Below are positions 15,540 to 26,850 of a DNA stretch of 64,000 nucleotides, piece after piece. The notes under the pieces are model-generated. The model worked only from the letters and a program-made list of their open reading frames with translations. It made no database searches and was not told the DNA's origin. The DNA is from Raja brachyura (Eukaryota). The DNA lies in the NCBI GenBank assembly GCA_963514005.1, contig OY740810.1:12896001-12960000 (forward strand). The letters run 5' to 3'. The position numbers and the translations under genes are program-made. Positions within the stretch are counted from its first letter, which is position 1. Each line of letters starts with the position of its first letter.

Positions 15540-16062
15540 AACCATATAACAATTACAGCACGGAAACAGGCCTTCTCGGCCCTTCCAGTCCGTGCCGACC
15601 ATTTATTTTCCCCTAGTCCCATCTACCTGCACTCAGACCATACCCATCCATTCCCTTCCCGTCCATATACCTATCCACTTTACTTTTAAATGTTAAAATC
15701 GATCCTGCCTCCACCACTTCTGCTGGAAGATCATTCCACACAGCCACCACTCTCTGAGTAAAGAAGTTCCCCCTCATGTTCCCCCTAAACTTCTGTCCCT
15801 TAATTCTCATGTCATGCCCTCTTGTTTGAATCTTCCCTACCCTCAATGGGAAAAGCTTATCCACGTCAACTCTGTCTATCCCTTTCATCATTTTAAAGAC
15901 CTCAATCAAGTCCCCCCTTAACCTTCTGCGCTCCAAAGAATAAAGACCTAACTTGTTCAACCTTTCTCTGTAACTTAGTTGCTGGAACCCAGGCAACATT
16001 CTAGTAAATCTCCTCTGTACTCTCTCTATTTTGTTGACATCCTTCCTATAATTAGGCGACCA
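15540..16062 (-). mobile_element. young 5'-truncated CR1 LINE
   Basis: Intact ORF2 C-terminus (LERRRLRGDLIEVFKMMKG...FFTQRVVAVWNDLP) plus 3' tail. Confidence 0.92.
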
Positions 16063-16299
16063 AATAATGTCATGATTGTCAGAAAGACAGCTTTACCAAA
16101 TATCCTGCAAAATTGAACTCAGCAATTAAAAAAAAAAGAAGTCCTAATCAGAAATAGCCTGATTGACAGAACTGATAGATATATTGGGCCAGAAATCTGC
16201 AAAAACAGATAAATGTATTGGAGAATGTGAATGATTGTTGGGCTAGGAGGACCAAATGGGAGTAATGTTAGTCTAATTACAGCAAGGAATGTGTCAGAG

Positions 16300-17352
16300 G
16301 TGCACAGCTCAGAAACAGGTTCCTTCACCCGCACTCCTCTCTGCTGACCATGATGCCTGCCTAAGCTAATCCTAAGGTAATCCTACTTGTCCGCATTACG
16401 CTCATATCCATCTACTCTTTTTCTCAATGCCAAAACCATTTTCCAACTCCTCTGGCAGCTTGTTCCACATAACTACCACCTTCTGTGTACGAAACCTACT
16501 GTTAGATCACCTTTAAATTTCTCCCCTCTCATCTTAAAACAATGCTCTCTAATGTTGGACTCCCTGCCTTTGGAAAAATACTATTTGCTATCAACTCTAT
16601 CTATGCCCATCATCATCTTGTAAACCACGATAAGATCATTCTTCAGTCTCCTATGTTCCAATGAGAGCAAACCCAGTCGATCCAATCTTTTCTTGCAACA
16701 AAAGCCTTCCATTCCAGGCAAAACCCTGGTGAATCTCTTCTGCGCTCTTTCTAATGTTTTGAATAGCAGTAACATGACACCCTAACTGGCTAATAAAGGC
16801 AAGCATGTCAAATGCCTTCTTCACTACCATATCCACCAGTGCCACTATTTTTAGGGAATTTTGAATTTGCAACCCAGGATCTCTCGTTACATCAATTCAC
16901 CAAAGATCCCACCATTTACTGTATATGTCCTGCCAGAATTTGATGTACCAAAATGCAGTACCTCGCACTTGTCTGGAATGAATTTCATTTGCCAATGTTT
17001 GGCTGAATGTTTAAGCTGATCTATGGCCCTTTGTATTGATCCATATTCCTTGTTATTGATCCATGTTCCTTGTTTGCTATCTATAACTCCACCAATTTTG
17101 TGTCATTAACAAACTTGCTGATCAGACCGGCTACATTCTCATTTAAGTCAACGACAAACAACAAATCGCTCTGGCACACCACTGCTCAGAGACATCCAGT
17201 GGAAAAAATAATTTTGTATCCAGTACACCAAATCCCCTTGGACCTCATGTGCTTTAAGCTTCTGGACCAGCTTATTAAGTGGGACCCTGTCAAAAGTCTT
17301 GCTAATGTCCACATTTACCGTCCTGCCTTCATCAATTTCCTTGGTTACCTGG
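16300..17352 (-). mobile_element. degenerate CR1 LINE fragment
   Basis: DISKTFDRVP, ERAQKRFTRVLPG and HRRLKNDLIVVYK fragments; boundaries approximate. Confidence 0.85.
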
Positions 17353-20300
17353 GTGGCGAGGTGGTGGGAGGAAGAGCGGAAGAGTCTAATGTTGATCAGA
17401 TAATGGTGCGGACTGGCAGTCACATCCTAGGGAATTGGATGTGATAAGACATTTAATGACGAGTGTTGTGCCTGGAAGAGGCAATCCTGCTTCTGACAGC
17501 CCACAAACTGTTCTGACAAGCACTTAACTACTGGTCTACCTTCAGCTGCTGGTTTCCATTGCAGTCTTGTGATACAATTTTGAATAATTGTTTAAGCCTG
17601 GCAGCAAACTTAATTATAGTTAAATGACCAAGCCTCTCCAAGAGCAAATGGTCACCTAAATCTCATACAATCTCTGGTAAAACCAGAAATGCCACTTGAG
17701 GTAAACTTAATCCAGTTTAAGATTTTGGAATTTCACCCCTAATGACACTATTCTGTATTGCGTTTTCTATAAATGCATAACAGCATAGTTTGGTTACATT
17801 AATTATTTTAAAATTAAATTGTCAACTCCTTCAATTGATAAATTATTCTCTTTGACTGTCGGATATTCTCTACTGTCTAGTTTAAAAGGATATCATCAGC
17901 CTTTTTATAGCTTTAAGAATCATTTTGCTCGTGGGATAATGAAATGTTGCCGTGAAACCTTTCTGGTGATATTACGTCTAAATCCATGGGAAAACATCCT
18001 TGGTTGTTAGAACTAAAAGTACAATGCAGTAGAAGCTACGGTATGTTTTTCTCTCTGCTTCCACAAGTCAGTTCCATTAACTTCAATGGAGTCCAATTTC
18101 AGGAGCAGGTTTATGCACATGGCTGCTACAGCAGTGCACATATACCAGCAGTGGGCGTAATTGAGTACCCACTTCTTGCTAGTTTCCATTGTTCTACAGC
18201 AATTTGGTTGAAATCAAGTGTAAAGTAGTCATAATCTTGTATTCAATAGATAGAATCCCTTTGTGTTCAATCGCCATCCCAACATACTATTGTTTGATTT
18301 GATCATATTTTACCTCAGCTAGAAAGTTTTCAGTCTTTTTTTATGAACAATGAAATATTTACAATTTCTGCTGTTAACTTTACTTATCCAAAAACATTGA
18401 TGTCAAACATTTAAAAAATTATGATTTGTAAGTAATATTTGTATTTTATCTTTAGTGCTTTAATTATCAGTTTTAATTATTTGAGGAGGTAGGAATGCCC
18501 ATGAGAATGACAATTCTACAACCATCACAATTTTATGCATCTACATTAATCAACTCAGCCAGACATTATGCATGAGCGATCTAAAGAGAAGCATATGGAA
18601 AAGCTACATTCAGAATTTGAGTATAAGAGGATGGCTCATGGAGTTAGACACAAGTCATGAATAGTCACAAAACAGGGCATTTAGCACCATTAATGATGAT
18701 AGCATTATTGTGAATTTCTTGTGCATTACATCTTATCCACAGTTAATAAAATACAATAATGTCAATTATCATGCCCTACTTAGTGGAATACTCCTCTTAT
18801 CTCCTTATATTTGAATGTGTTTTTCTAGTAATTAACATACCATGGAAACAACTATTCTTTGGTGTCATACACTGAAGCCAATTATGATAATCTTAATTTT
18901 ACCATACCTATTTAGAAAACAAGCATCTCCAACTGTATGCAGTAATATACATGCTTATACAATTTACATGTTTTACTATTAAATATTACATGCCAATATA
19001 TTGAGATCACTAAGCTGACATGCATAAACGACTTCAAAGTTCACACTTATTTTTGTACTGAACCAACAGTTCTTTAGTTGAATCATAAAAAGGGCTTAAT
19101 TCTCACAAACTGTAAATATCTATCATCATTTAAATTTTGCTAAAAGTACACGGACTTCAGTAGACTATTAATGTCTAATTCTACAGGGAGCATTTACAAT
19201 AATTGTCCTCAAATTAAGTGTGACTTTCCTGTGGCCAATAACTTGACCATCCTTTGAACACTAACTGATGTTTTACTTTATGCATCCACGTGTTTGTCTT
19301 ATCAACATGAGCCAACCTTGCGATTAGTTTTATAGTGCAGCACACATCTGGTATCTTCCAAACAGAATTTTTGTTGAAATTTTCCAATAAACATAATCAC
19401 AAACATTTGATATGTTAAAACATTTGTTTAAAAGGGTAATGCAAATTTGCCAACTGAAATTAGTTTCCAATAGCACCAAAAACATTTTTGTGCAGTCTGT
19501 ATCTTACCATAATATGACATACAAAAGATTTTATTCTATCAAAGTAATTTGTCTCATTAATTTACTGCACCATTGATTTGTTCAGTCTCTCATGTCAATT
19601 CCCAGCCCTACCATATGTTAATTCCTAACCTACGATCATAGGAGAGCTCCTAAATTTCTCCCTCTGGCCATATATTATAACAACCATGTATATCACCCTG
19701 AGGTATCTCTTTTTCTGTACATTGTAAAGCTACAAATATTGTGTCATCGATCATAGTGCTGTGAAACCTCATATTGTAGGTGAAAATTTTGCTTTACTTC
19801 TTTACAACTTTAAAATCAAAAATAACAATATTTTAGCTAAATATATATTTCAAAATGTTAATCGTTAATAATACTGACTTCAAAATTCAATGATGTGATT
19901 TAAAGAGGTCCACAAATGGAAACCTTTCGAATAGTTAAATTAATTAGGTATTGGATTTAATTCTGAAATTGACCATCTGCAATAATTACATTTCATTATC
20001 AACATTATTACTTTGATCTTCTTGAGTCATATCCAATTTTAGTGCTGTGATCTGACAGTTCTTTGATTTAAGAATGTATTATTTCTTGTATAATAGGTAT
20101 GTATAATAGGTATGTATTATTTCTTACTATGCAGTGAGCTGGTGCAATTGAAAAAACATATAACAATGCTCTGAGAAAAGAAAAACTGTTCAGCACATGT
20201 AAATACAGGTTGTAATGCATTGCTCAGTATTAAATAGAATAATTTAAATTCCCATCTTACCTACACACTTGACATTTTCAGAGGAGTCAATACACATTAT

Positions 20301-20724
20301 ATTTGAAAAGACGTAGTAATTACCTCAGTGTTTAATTACCAGACATTATAAAGTAAAGGTATTGCATTTATCCTCTCAATATTAGTAGGAGAATGTTTAG
20401 GGATAGGGAAATGTATCAGCTTGGCAATCACCATAAAACTGGGGAGGCGGGAGGTTCAGTATACCCTCCGGCAAATTCATCATGCAGAAAAGTTTCACTT
20501 GTGTTTTTTTTAAAGCTGTGGATCCCAACAGGCTGCTCCAATGATGTCTGCTTTACTTTTAATACACCCTCTAGGAGCAATCGCTCCAAGATAACTGCTT
20601 TCAACAGCAAAATGAAATGGGCCTCGTTAACTGGATGCTGACTTTTAAAAGATTGCTCTTCTGTTCCTGTTGGCAGTTGCTCACTGAATATGACCTTCTG
20701 ATTTGTTAATATTCTGACCTTAGT

Positions 20725-21337
20725 CAAAATGCCCTTCAGCCCAACTTGCCCATGCCCCACCTGCAAGCTGCCCGTGTTTGGCCCATAACCTTCTAAATAT
20801 TTCCTATCCATGTACCTGTTGAAATGTATTTTAAATGTTGTTATAGGACCTGCATCCTCTAGTAGCTTGTTCATATACACACCATCAGCTGTGTGAAAAA
20901 TATGCCCATCAGGTGCTTATTAAATGTTCATCTCTCACCTCAAAACTACGTTTCCTGGTTCTTGATTCCACTACTCTGGGTAAATGACTGTGCATGCACC
21001 CTATCTATTCCCCTCATGATCTTATACACCTCTGTAAGATCACCCCTCAGCTTCCTGCGCTCCAAGGAATAAAGTTCAACCTGCCCAACGTCTCCCTACA
21101 GCTCAGGCCCTCAAGTCCTGGCAAAATCCTTGTAATTCTTGGCAATCTTTCCAGCTTAACAATATCCTTCCTGCAACAGGATGACCAAAACAAACAGAAT
21201 ACTCCAAATACAGCTACGTCAATGTCTTGTACAACTGTAACATAACATCCCAACTTCTATTCTCAATATCCTGACTGATGAAAGCCAATGTGTCACTGTA
21301 ATTCCACTTTCAATGAACATTGTACCTGCACTCCCAG
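20725..21337 (-). mobile_element. CR1 LINE 3' fragment, left part of the DIRS host
   Basis: Decayed RT C-terminus (FWSSCCRKDIVKLER, LPGLEGLS, FNRYMDRK); boundaries approximate. Confidence 0.85.
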
Positions 21338-21338
21338 A

Positions 21339-21399
21339 TTTCATTTCGGAGTCACGTGAGTGACTTCGTGAAGAGCCCGCCGGCGCGCATGCTCGACAT
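21339..21399 (+). repeat. DIRS left terminus: 26-nt left extension plus 35-bp ITR core
   Basis: 21365-21399 is the exact reverse complement of 26541-26575; 21339-21374 is complementary to ICR 26313-26348. Confidence 0.93.
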
Positions 21400-21533
21400 A
21401 TCGTCGTATCGCGTTGCTGCGACGGCTGGCGGTGGAGCGCGCTCCTCGCCAGCCCTTCATAAGGGAACCACTAAGGTAAGTATCCTACCTTAAGTTGGTC
21501 GTTCTTGTTGTGTTTTGTTTTCACAGCAAGGAC

Positions 21534-23177
21534 ATGGATGGGAGCGTTAAAGGCCGGAGAACGTCTGGACGAGGTCGCCGGTCTACAGTCCCGGAGCCAG
21601 TGATATCGGCGGTACCTGCAGCGCAGGCCGGGACAGGGGCGGAAATGTCGGTGAGCCCTGTGTTTACAGGTCCGGATCCGCCAGCACACCACAGCTCGGA
21701 GGAGTTCGACGAGGAGGAGTGTGGTGTGCCGCCAGAGCAGGAGGATCCTGCCATGGCAGTCAGGTCGTCAGCAGGCTTGCTGGCGGCCTCGAGCAGAAGG
21801 GTGCGTGCGGCTGCACGGCCCTTTTCACCCAGCCCTCCGCGGAGGGGAAGGGCAGGAGCCCGGAAGTCTAACCCTGTTGGGGCTAAGGCTTTACCTGCCG
21901 CCGAGGAGCGGTCAGGTTCCAGGGCGGGACCCGGGGCGGCTGTGAGGTCCAGTCGACGCCCCCCAACTCTCGACGCTGGGACGGGGCGGTTGGGTCGGGT
22001 CTCGTCGCGGTCGCCGAGCCCCCCATGGATGGGTGGGCGAGACCATGCGTCGGCGAGGTCCACGACGTGGGCTGCCGGCAAGCCTGCGCGGGCATCGGGT
22101 ATCCAGGCTGCGGCTGGTGCCGACATCACGCCGCAAGTGTCCTTAGTGGCAGCGGCGTCCGCTCCCGCTAAACGGAGGCGGTTGAACACGCCCGCGCAGG
22201 AATCGCGCAGTTTCACTTCGGCGGCTGCTAGCGACGACTACCGGCACCGGGTGGGCCTCGATGAGGTGCGGGCCGATGATAGGGGCCCCGGCCATTTTTC
22301 AGAGCCGGAGGACTCCGACCACCTGAGTGTTCAGGGTGAAGGGCGTATTGACCGGATGGAGCGGCTGCTGGAGCTCCTGCTTCATGGTCAACAGCAGCAA
22401 GCGTCCAGCAGCGACAGGTACAGGGCTGTTTCACCAACTTCCACCATCAGCCTGGAGCAGCAGGTAGAGGAGGTTTTGGTCGATCCCATCCCACCTCCGT
22501 CCGATTTACCAGCGGAGGGCCTTCTCGATGTGGCCACTAAGTTCGCGGCCCCACACTCGTCTGGGCTTCCCCTCAACTCGAAATTGGCAGCCACAGTGGA
22601 CTTCCTCAACAACCATCAGCTCCAGGAGGAGGTTCTCATTCAGGCCATGAGCCGTCACAAGGCTCCATCCAACTGCAACTCCCTCAACGTGCCTGTGGTC
22701 AATACGCCGATATGGGGCAACATTAGTGCGGCTATCCGTCAACAGGAGCTGAAAATTCAGCCGTTCCTGAAGCTCCTCACGGCCGGTATTACCGCCTTTG
22801 TGCGGTCGGTTGATGGGGATGACTTAAATTTGGACCAGGAGGATGCTCTGGCTCTATTGTGCGCAACTCAACATGAAATCAATGGGTTCCGCAAAAGCAG
22901 CATCCGCCCGGCGCTCAACCCTAAGTTTGCAGGGTTGTGCAAACCACCACCGCCGCCGCCGCCCCGTCAGCTCTTTGGCGAGGATCTCTCTAAGAGGGTC
23001 AAAGAGCTTGACGAACAAGCCAAAACGGTGGGACTCATGCGCCCTCGCGGTCCCCCACGCCGTCGGGCTCGAAAGCTCCGCTTGTTCGACCACGAGGGTC
23101 TGCCAGCACCTCTACGAGGACCTACCCTCCAGCTCCATCCCGTTACCAACCGCCCCAGCACCAGGGGGCTTTTTTAG
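21534..23177 (+). CDS. DIRS ORF1, gag-like protein (true C-terminus may be frameshifted, ending at 23278)
   Basis: ATG in GACATGG context; low-complexity N-terminus, then conserved-looking PSNCNSLNVPVVNTPIW and QLFGEDL segments. Confidence 0.8.
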   Translation: MDGSVKGRRTSGRGRRSTVPEPVISAVPAAQAGTGAEMSVSPVFTGPDPPAHHSSEEFDEEECGVPPEQEDPAMAVRSSAGLLAASSRRVRAAARPFSPSPPRRGRAGARKSNPVGAKALPAAEERSGSRAGPGAAVRSSRRPPTLDAGTGRLGRVSSRSPSPPWMGGRDHASARSTTWAAGKPARASGIQAAAGADITPQVSLVAAASAPAKRRRLNTPAQESRSFTSAAASDDYRHRVGLDEVRADDRGPGHFSEPEDSDHLSVQGEGRIDRMERLLELLLHGQQQQASSSDRYRAVSPTSTISLEQQVEEVLVDPIPPPSDLPAEGLLDVATKFAAPHSSGLPLNSKLAATVDFLNNHQLQEEVLIQAMSRHKAPSNCNSLNVPVVNTPIWGNISAAIRQQELKIQPFLKLLTAGITAFVRSVDGDDLNLDQEDALALLCATQHEINGFRKSSIRPALNPKFAGLCKPPPPPPPRQLFGEDLSKRVKELDEQAKTVGLMRPRGPPRRRARKLRLFDHEGLPAPLRGPTLQLHPVTNRPSTRGLF

Positions 23178-23280
23178 GACAAGGTCGGCAGAAACCCTGG
23201 TGGAAGATGAGGACGCCGCGCCCTCAAGCCAACCCAGCACCTCCACGTCCACCCACACGTGTCAAGGACCGCCGGTAACC

Positions 23281-25195
23281 ACGGAGGTGAGGCGGTCTGG
23301 TTCTCTCTTTTCTCTTTGTCTAACCTCACATGTTGGTGGGTGCCTTCAGTTCTTTTTGGGTGCATGGGGTGATATTACTGGTGATGAGTATGTGTTACGA
23401 AATGTTCAGGGTCATAGCATTGAGTTTCTTAATGGGGACATTCCTCCATCCCAGCACAGGCCTGGTCGAACATTTAAATTGTCTGCTGCAGAACAGGCAG
23501 CAGGCTATAAGGAAATTTTGAGGCTAGAACAGAAGGGAGTGATAGAGAAAACGGTTCATGAGCCCGTGGAATTTGTTTCCAATATATTAACTCGACCAAA
23601 GAAGGATGGAGGCTGTCGAGTCATCATTGACCTGACTAGTTTAAATACTTTTGTAACATATACTCATTTCAAAATGGACACTTTTGAAACAGCCAAATCA
23701 TTGATTTCACATGGTTGCTTTATGGCATGCATTGATTTACAAGATGCGTACTATACTGTATCCATTCAAAAATATTATAGGAGGTTTCTGAAATTTATCT
23801 GGATGGGTCAACTCTGGCAATATAGGGCTTTGCCCAATGGACTTACCACAGCCCCTCGATTATTCACTAAATTGGTGAAGCCAATTATGGCCTATTTACG
23901 ACAACGACATCATATAGTAATGGCCTATTTAGATGATATCTTAATTGTGGGCCACACCCTGGAATTGGCTCAACAGGGTGTTGCAGCTGCAGTCAATTTA
24001 TTTCAGCAGCTGGGGTTCATTGTCCATCCAGCCAAATCAAAGTTCTGCCCCTCCCAGGTAATTCATTATCTGGGGTTTACGGTGGACTCTATTCGCATGA
24101 GGGTCACCATACCACCTAATAAGGTCGAGGAGGTCACCCAGGTGTGTCAAGGTTTAATCACCGCTGGTATACCATCGATTCGTCATACAGCTACAGTGGT
24201 TGGCAAACTTGTAGCTTTGTTTCCGGCAGCCCGATATGGGCCTTTGCATTATCAGAATTTGCAAAGGGCCAAGATCGCTGCGTTAAGACAGCACGCTGGT
24301 CATTATGATCGACCAATGCAGCTGCCGCCTGAAGCGACGGATGAGTTACGATGGTGGGTGCGCCACATTAGTAACTCGTTTAAGCCTATTATTGAGGCTA
24401 ATCCGGTGGTATACTTGCAAACTGATGCGAGCTCTTATGGCTGGGGAGCTACGGATCATTCCTCTAGTTGCGGAGGCAGATGGGATACCCTTGAGGCTAC
24501 TATGTTGTTGTCACATGGGATCAACTATTTGGAGCTACTTGCAGCATTCCACGGACTTCGTGCTTATTGTTCCAAGTATTCTGGGGCACATGTCCGTCTC
24601 CAAATAGACAACACCACAGCGGTGGCATATTTAAACCATATGGGCGGTACCAGGTCAGTTTCGTGTGATAATTTGGCTCTGGTGTGTTCAGAGAGACATT
24701 TGGATTTCAGCTACCTATTTGCCAGGTGAGCTTAATACTGTGGCGGACACCAGGTCACGCAAGTTCAATGACAATATTGAATGGATGTTACATCCTGAAA
24801 TTTTTGCCAAAATCACAGCCAAATTTGGGAAACCGGATATTGACCTTTTTGCGTCCCGGTTGAACCATCAGGTACCAACCTACGTTTCGTGGGAACCAGA
24901 TCCTGGGGCTATGGCGCTAGATGCATTCTCGCTGGACTGGGGGAATTGGTTTTTCTATGCATTCCCCCCGTTTTGCCTCATCAGTAGGGTATTACGAAAG
25001 ATTCAGATGGATGCAGCTAAGGGCATCCTTATTATACCCGACTGGCCTACACAGCCGTGGTATCCGGTGGTCTTTGACATGCTCAGTGAGCCTTGGGTCC
25101 TTTTGAAGGGTTGCCCAGAATTAGTTACTCACCCTGTCTCAGGGGAGCCACATCCCTGCCATGGCTATTTGCATTTGTTGGCTTGCAGGTTTTGA
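23281..25195 (+). pseudogene. DIRS pol: reverse transcriptase, RNase H and N6-adenine methyltransferase-like domain, frameshift near 24670
   Basis: IDLQDAYY, LPNGL and YLDD (RT); TDAS, INYLELLA and DNTTAV (RNase H); DLFAS and FPPF (MT). Confidence 0.92.
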
Positions 25196-26168
25196 ACAGG
25201 CCGTTAGCCCAATACGGCCTCTCAACTCGGACCATGGATACCATTGCGGCGTCGTGTCGAGAGTCAACAAGGCGAAGATACCGCTCACATATCAAGAAGT
25301 GGGAAGCCTTCTGCAGCCGCTCTCGCATCACGTACGATGCCGTGACTATAAACGACGTCCTGGAATTCCTCGCGGGGTTGCACCATGATGAACACTTAAG
25401 TTAGTGCCATCAACAGCGCCAGGAGTGCGCTGTCATTCTACCTCAAGATTGAGGTGGGATCCAACAGGCTAGTGTCCAGGCTCATGCGGGGTATATTCAA
25501 TTTGAATCCGCCTACACCACGCTACAATATCACCTGGGATGTCAGGGACGTTTTAACCCTGCTCAGGACGTGGTCCCCCATGGAAGGGCTCCAGCTGGAC
25601 AAACTCACCATGAAGCTGGTGATGTTGCTAGCGCTGACTTCAGCACAGAGGGTAGACACTCCACAAACTACGTGTCGACAGAATGATGTCTACCCCTACA
25701 GAAGTAGTCTTCTTCGTTGATGAGCTACTAAAGCAGCATAGACCTGGGTGCACAGGGCTGCAGCTGAAGTTCCCCGCATACCCCGCAGATGCTAGGCTGT
25801 GTTTAGCCTCCCATATCCGTCACTACGTCAAGGTGACGGCAGGCATCAGAGGAATGGAGAGATACCTGCTTGTCACTCATAAAAGACCTCATCATCGAGT
25901 GACAGTCCAGACGATATCCAGGTGGCTCCGGGTCGTCTTGGGTAAGTCAGGTATCGACACTAATGTGTTCACGTCTCATTCCACCAGGGCTGCATCGACG
26001 TCGGTGGCGAGGGTCATGGAGGTGCCCATGGACCATATTCTCGCCACAGCAGGATGGGCTAATGAAGCTGTGTTTCAGCGATTTTATAACAAGCCTGTTG
26101 CTACTCCTCTACAGTTCGCGGAAGCCGTGCTGAATGCAGGTCGAGAACGTGGAGGTGTCCCCGCATGA
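25093..26168 (+). pseudogene. DIRS tyrosine recombinase, frameshifts near 25402 and 25655
   Basis: LALTSAQRV, HSTRAAS, AGW and RFY catalytic motifs spread over three ORF pieces. Confidence 0.92.
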
Positions 26169-26312
26169 GGGGTTTTTTGATTTGTTGTTAATAAATATGC
26201 TCTTGTTTTGCAGTATGAACTATTTGAGCAAGTTTGTTCCTCCCATCCATCCCTGCTAGTGGTGTGTCAGCATGGACGTGGTCCAGGGCGTGTAATCACA
26301 GAAGCTTTGAAG

Positions 26313-26425
26313 TCTTCACGAAGTCACTCACGTGACTCCGAAATGAAATAGTAAGATTGAACGAGAACTTACCAGTTCGAAGGTTGATCGTTATTTCATG
26401 AGGAGTCGCGGTGAGGGATTTCGTG
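26313..26425 (+). repeat. DIRS internal complementary region (ICR)
   Basis: 26313-26348 complements 21339-21374; 26349-26425 complements 26570-26646. Confidence 0.95.
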
Positions 26426-26540
26426 CCCTCCACGCCCAACCCTCAATCGCCTTCACCTGGTAATTTGAGTCTCTTTCATCTTACTATGCTAAGTCATTTC
26501 TGTTATTGGTTCCTGTGATTCCACACCGCTACTTTGAAGA

Positions 26541-26646
26541 ATGTCGAGCATGCGCGCCGGCGGGCTCTTCACGAAATCCCTCACCGCGACTCCTCATGAA
26601 ATAACGATCAACCTTCGAACTGGTAAGTTCTCGTTCAATCTTACTA
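26541..26646 (+). repeat. DIRS right terminus: ITR core plus 71-nt right extension
   Basis: Inverted match to the left ITR and to the ICR. Confidence 0.93.
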
Positions 26647-26648
26647 TT

Positions 26649-26850
26649 CCTTTACTCTACAGCATTCCCGGGGCACATCCATTCACTGTGAAGGCCCTGT
26701 CCTGGTTGGACTTCCCAAAATACAACACTTTGCATTTATCTGCATTAAACTCTATTAACCATTCCTCAGCCCACTAGCCCACTTTAGTGTCACCTGCAAA
26801 CTCACTAATCATGCCTTCAACATTCTCATCCAAATCGCTGATATAAACCT
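26649..26850 (-). mobile_element. CR1 LINE fragment, right part of the DIRS host
   Basis: Continues the CR1 across the DIRS; minus strand reads FAGDTKV and EFNADKCKVLYFGK. Confidence 0.82.

Larger units (their letters stand above)
21338..26648 (+). mobile_element. full-length DIRS1-type tyrosine-recombinase retrotransposon, frameshifted, antisense to unc13a
   Basis: gag-like, RT-RNaseH-methyltransferase and YR coding regions; ITRs; ICR; ATT at both junctions; interrupts a CR1. Confidence 0.95.

Noticed and set aside
21471-23365. Many overlapping minus-strand ORFs (up to 231 aa)
   Set aside because: Expected shadow ORFs of the GC-rich DIRS ORF1; no motifs
26158-26180. Hairpin plus T-run resembling a bacterial terminator
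   Set aside because: Eukaryotic context and only a 4-bp stem
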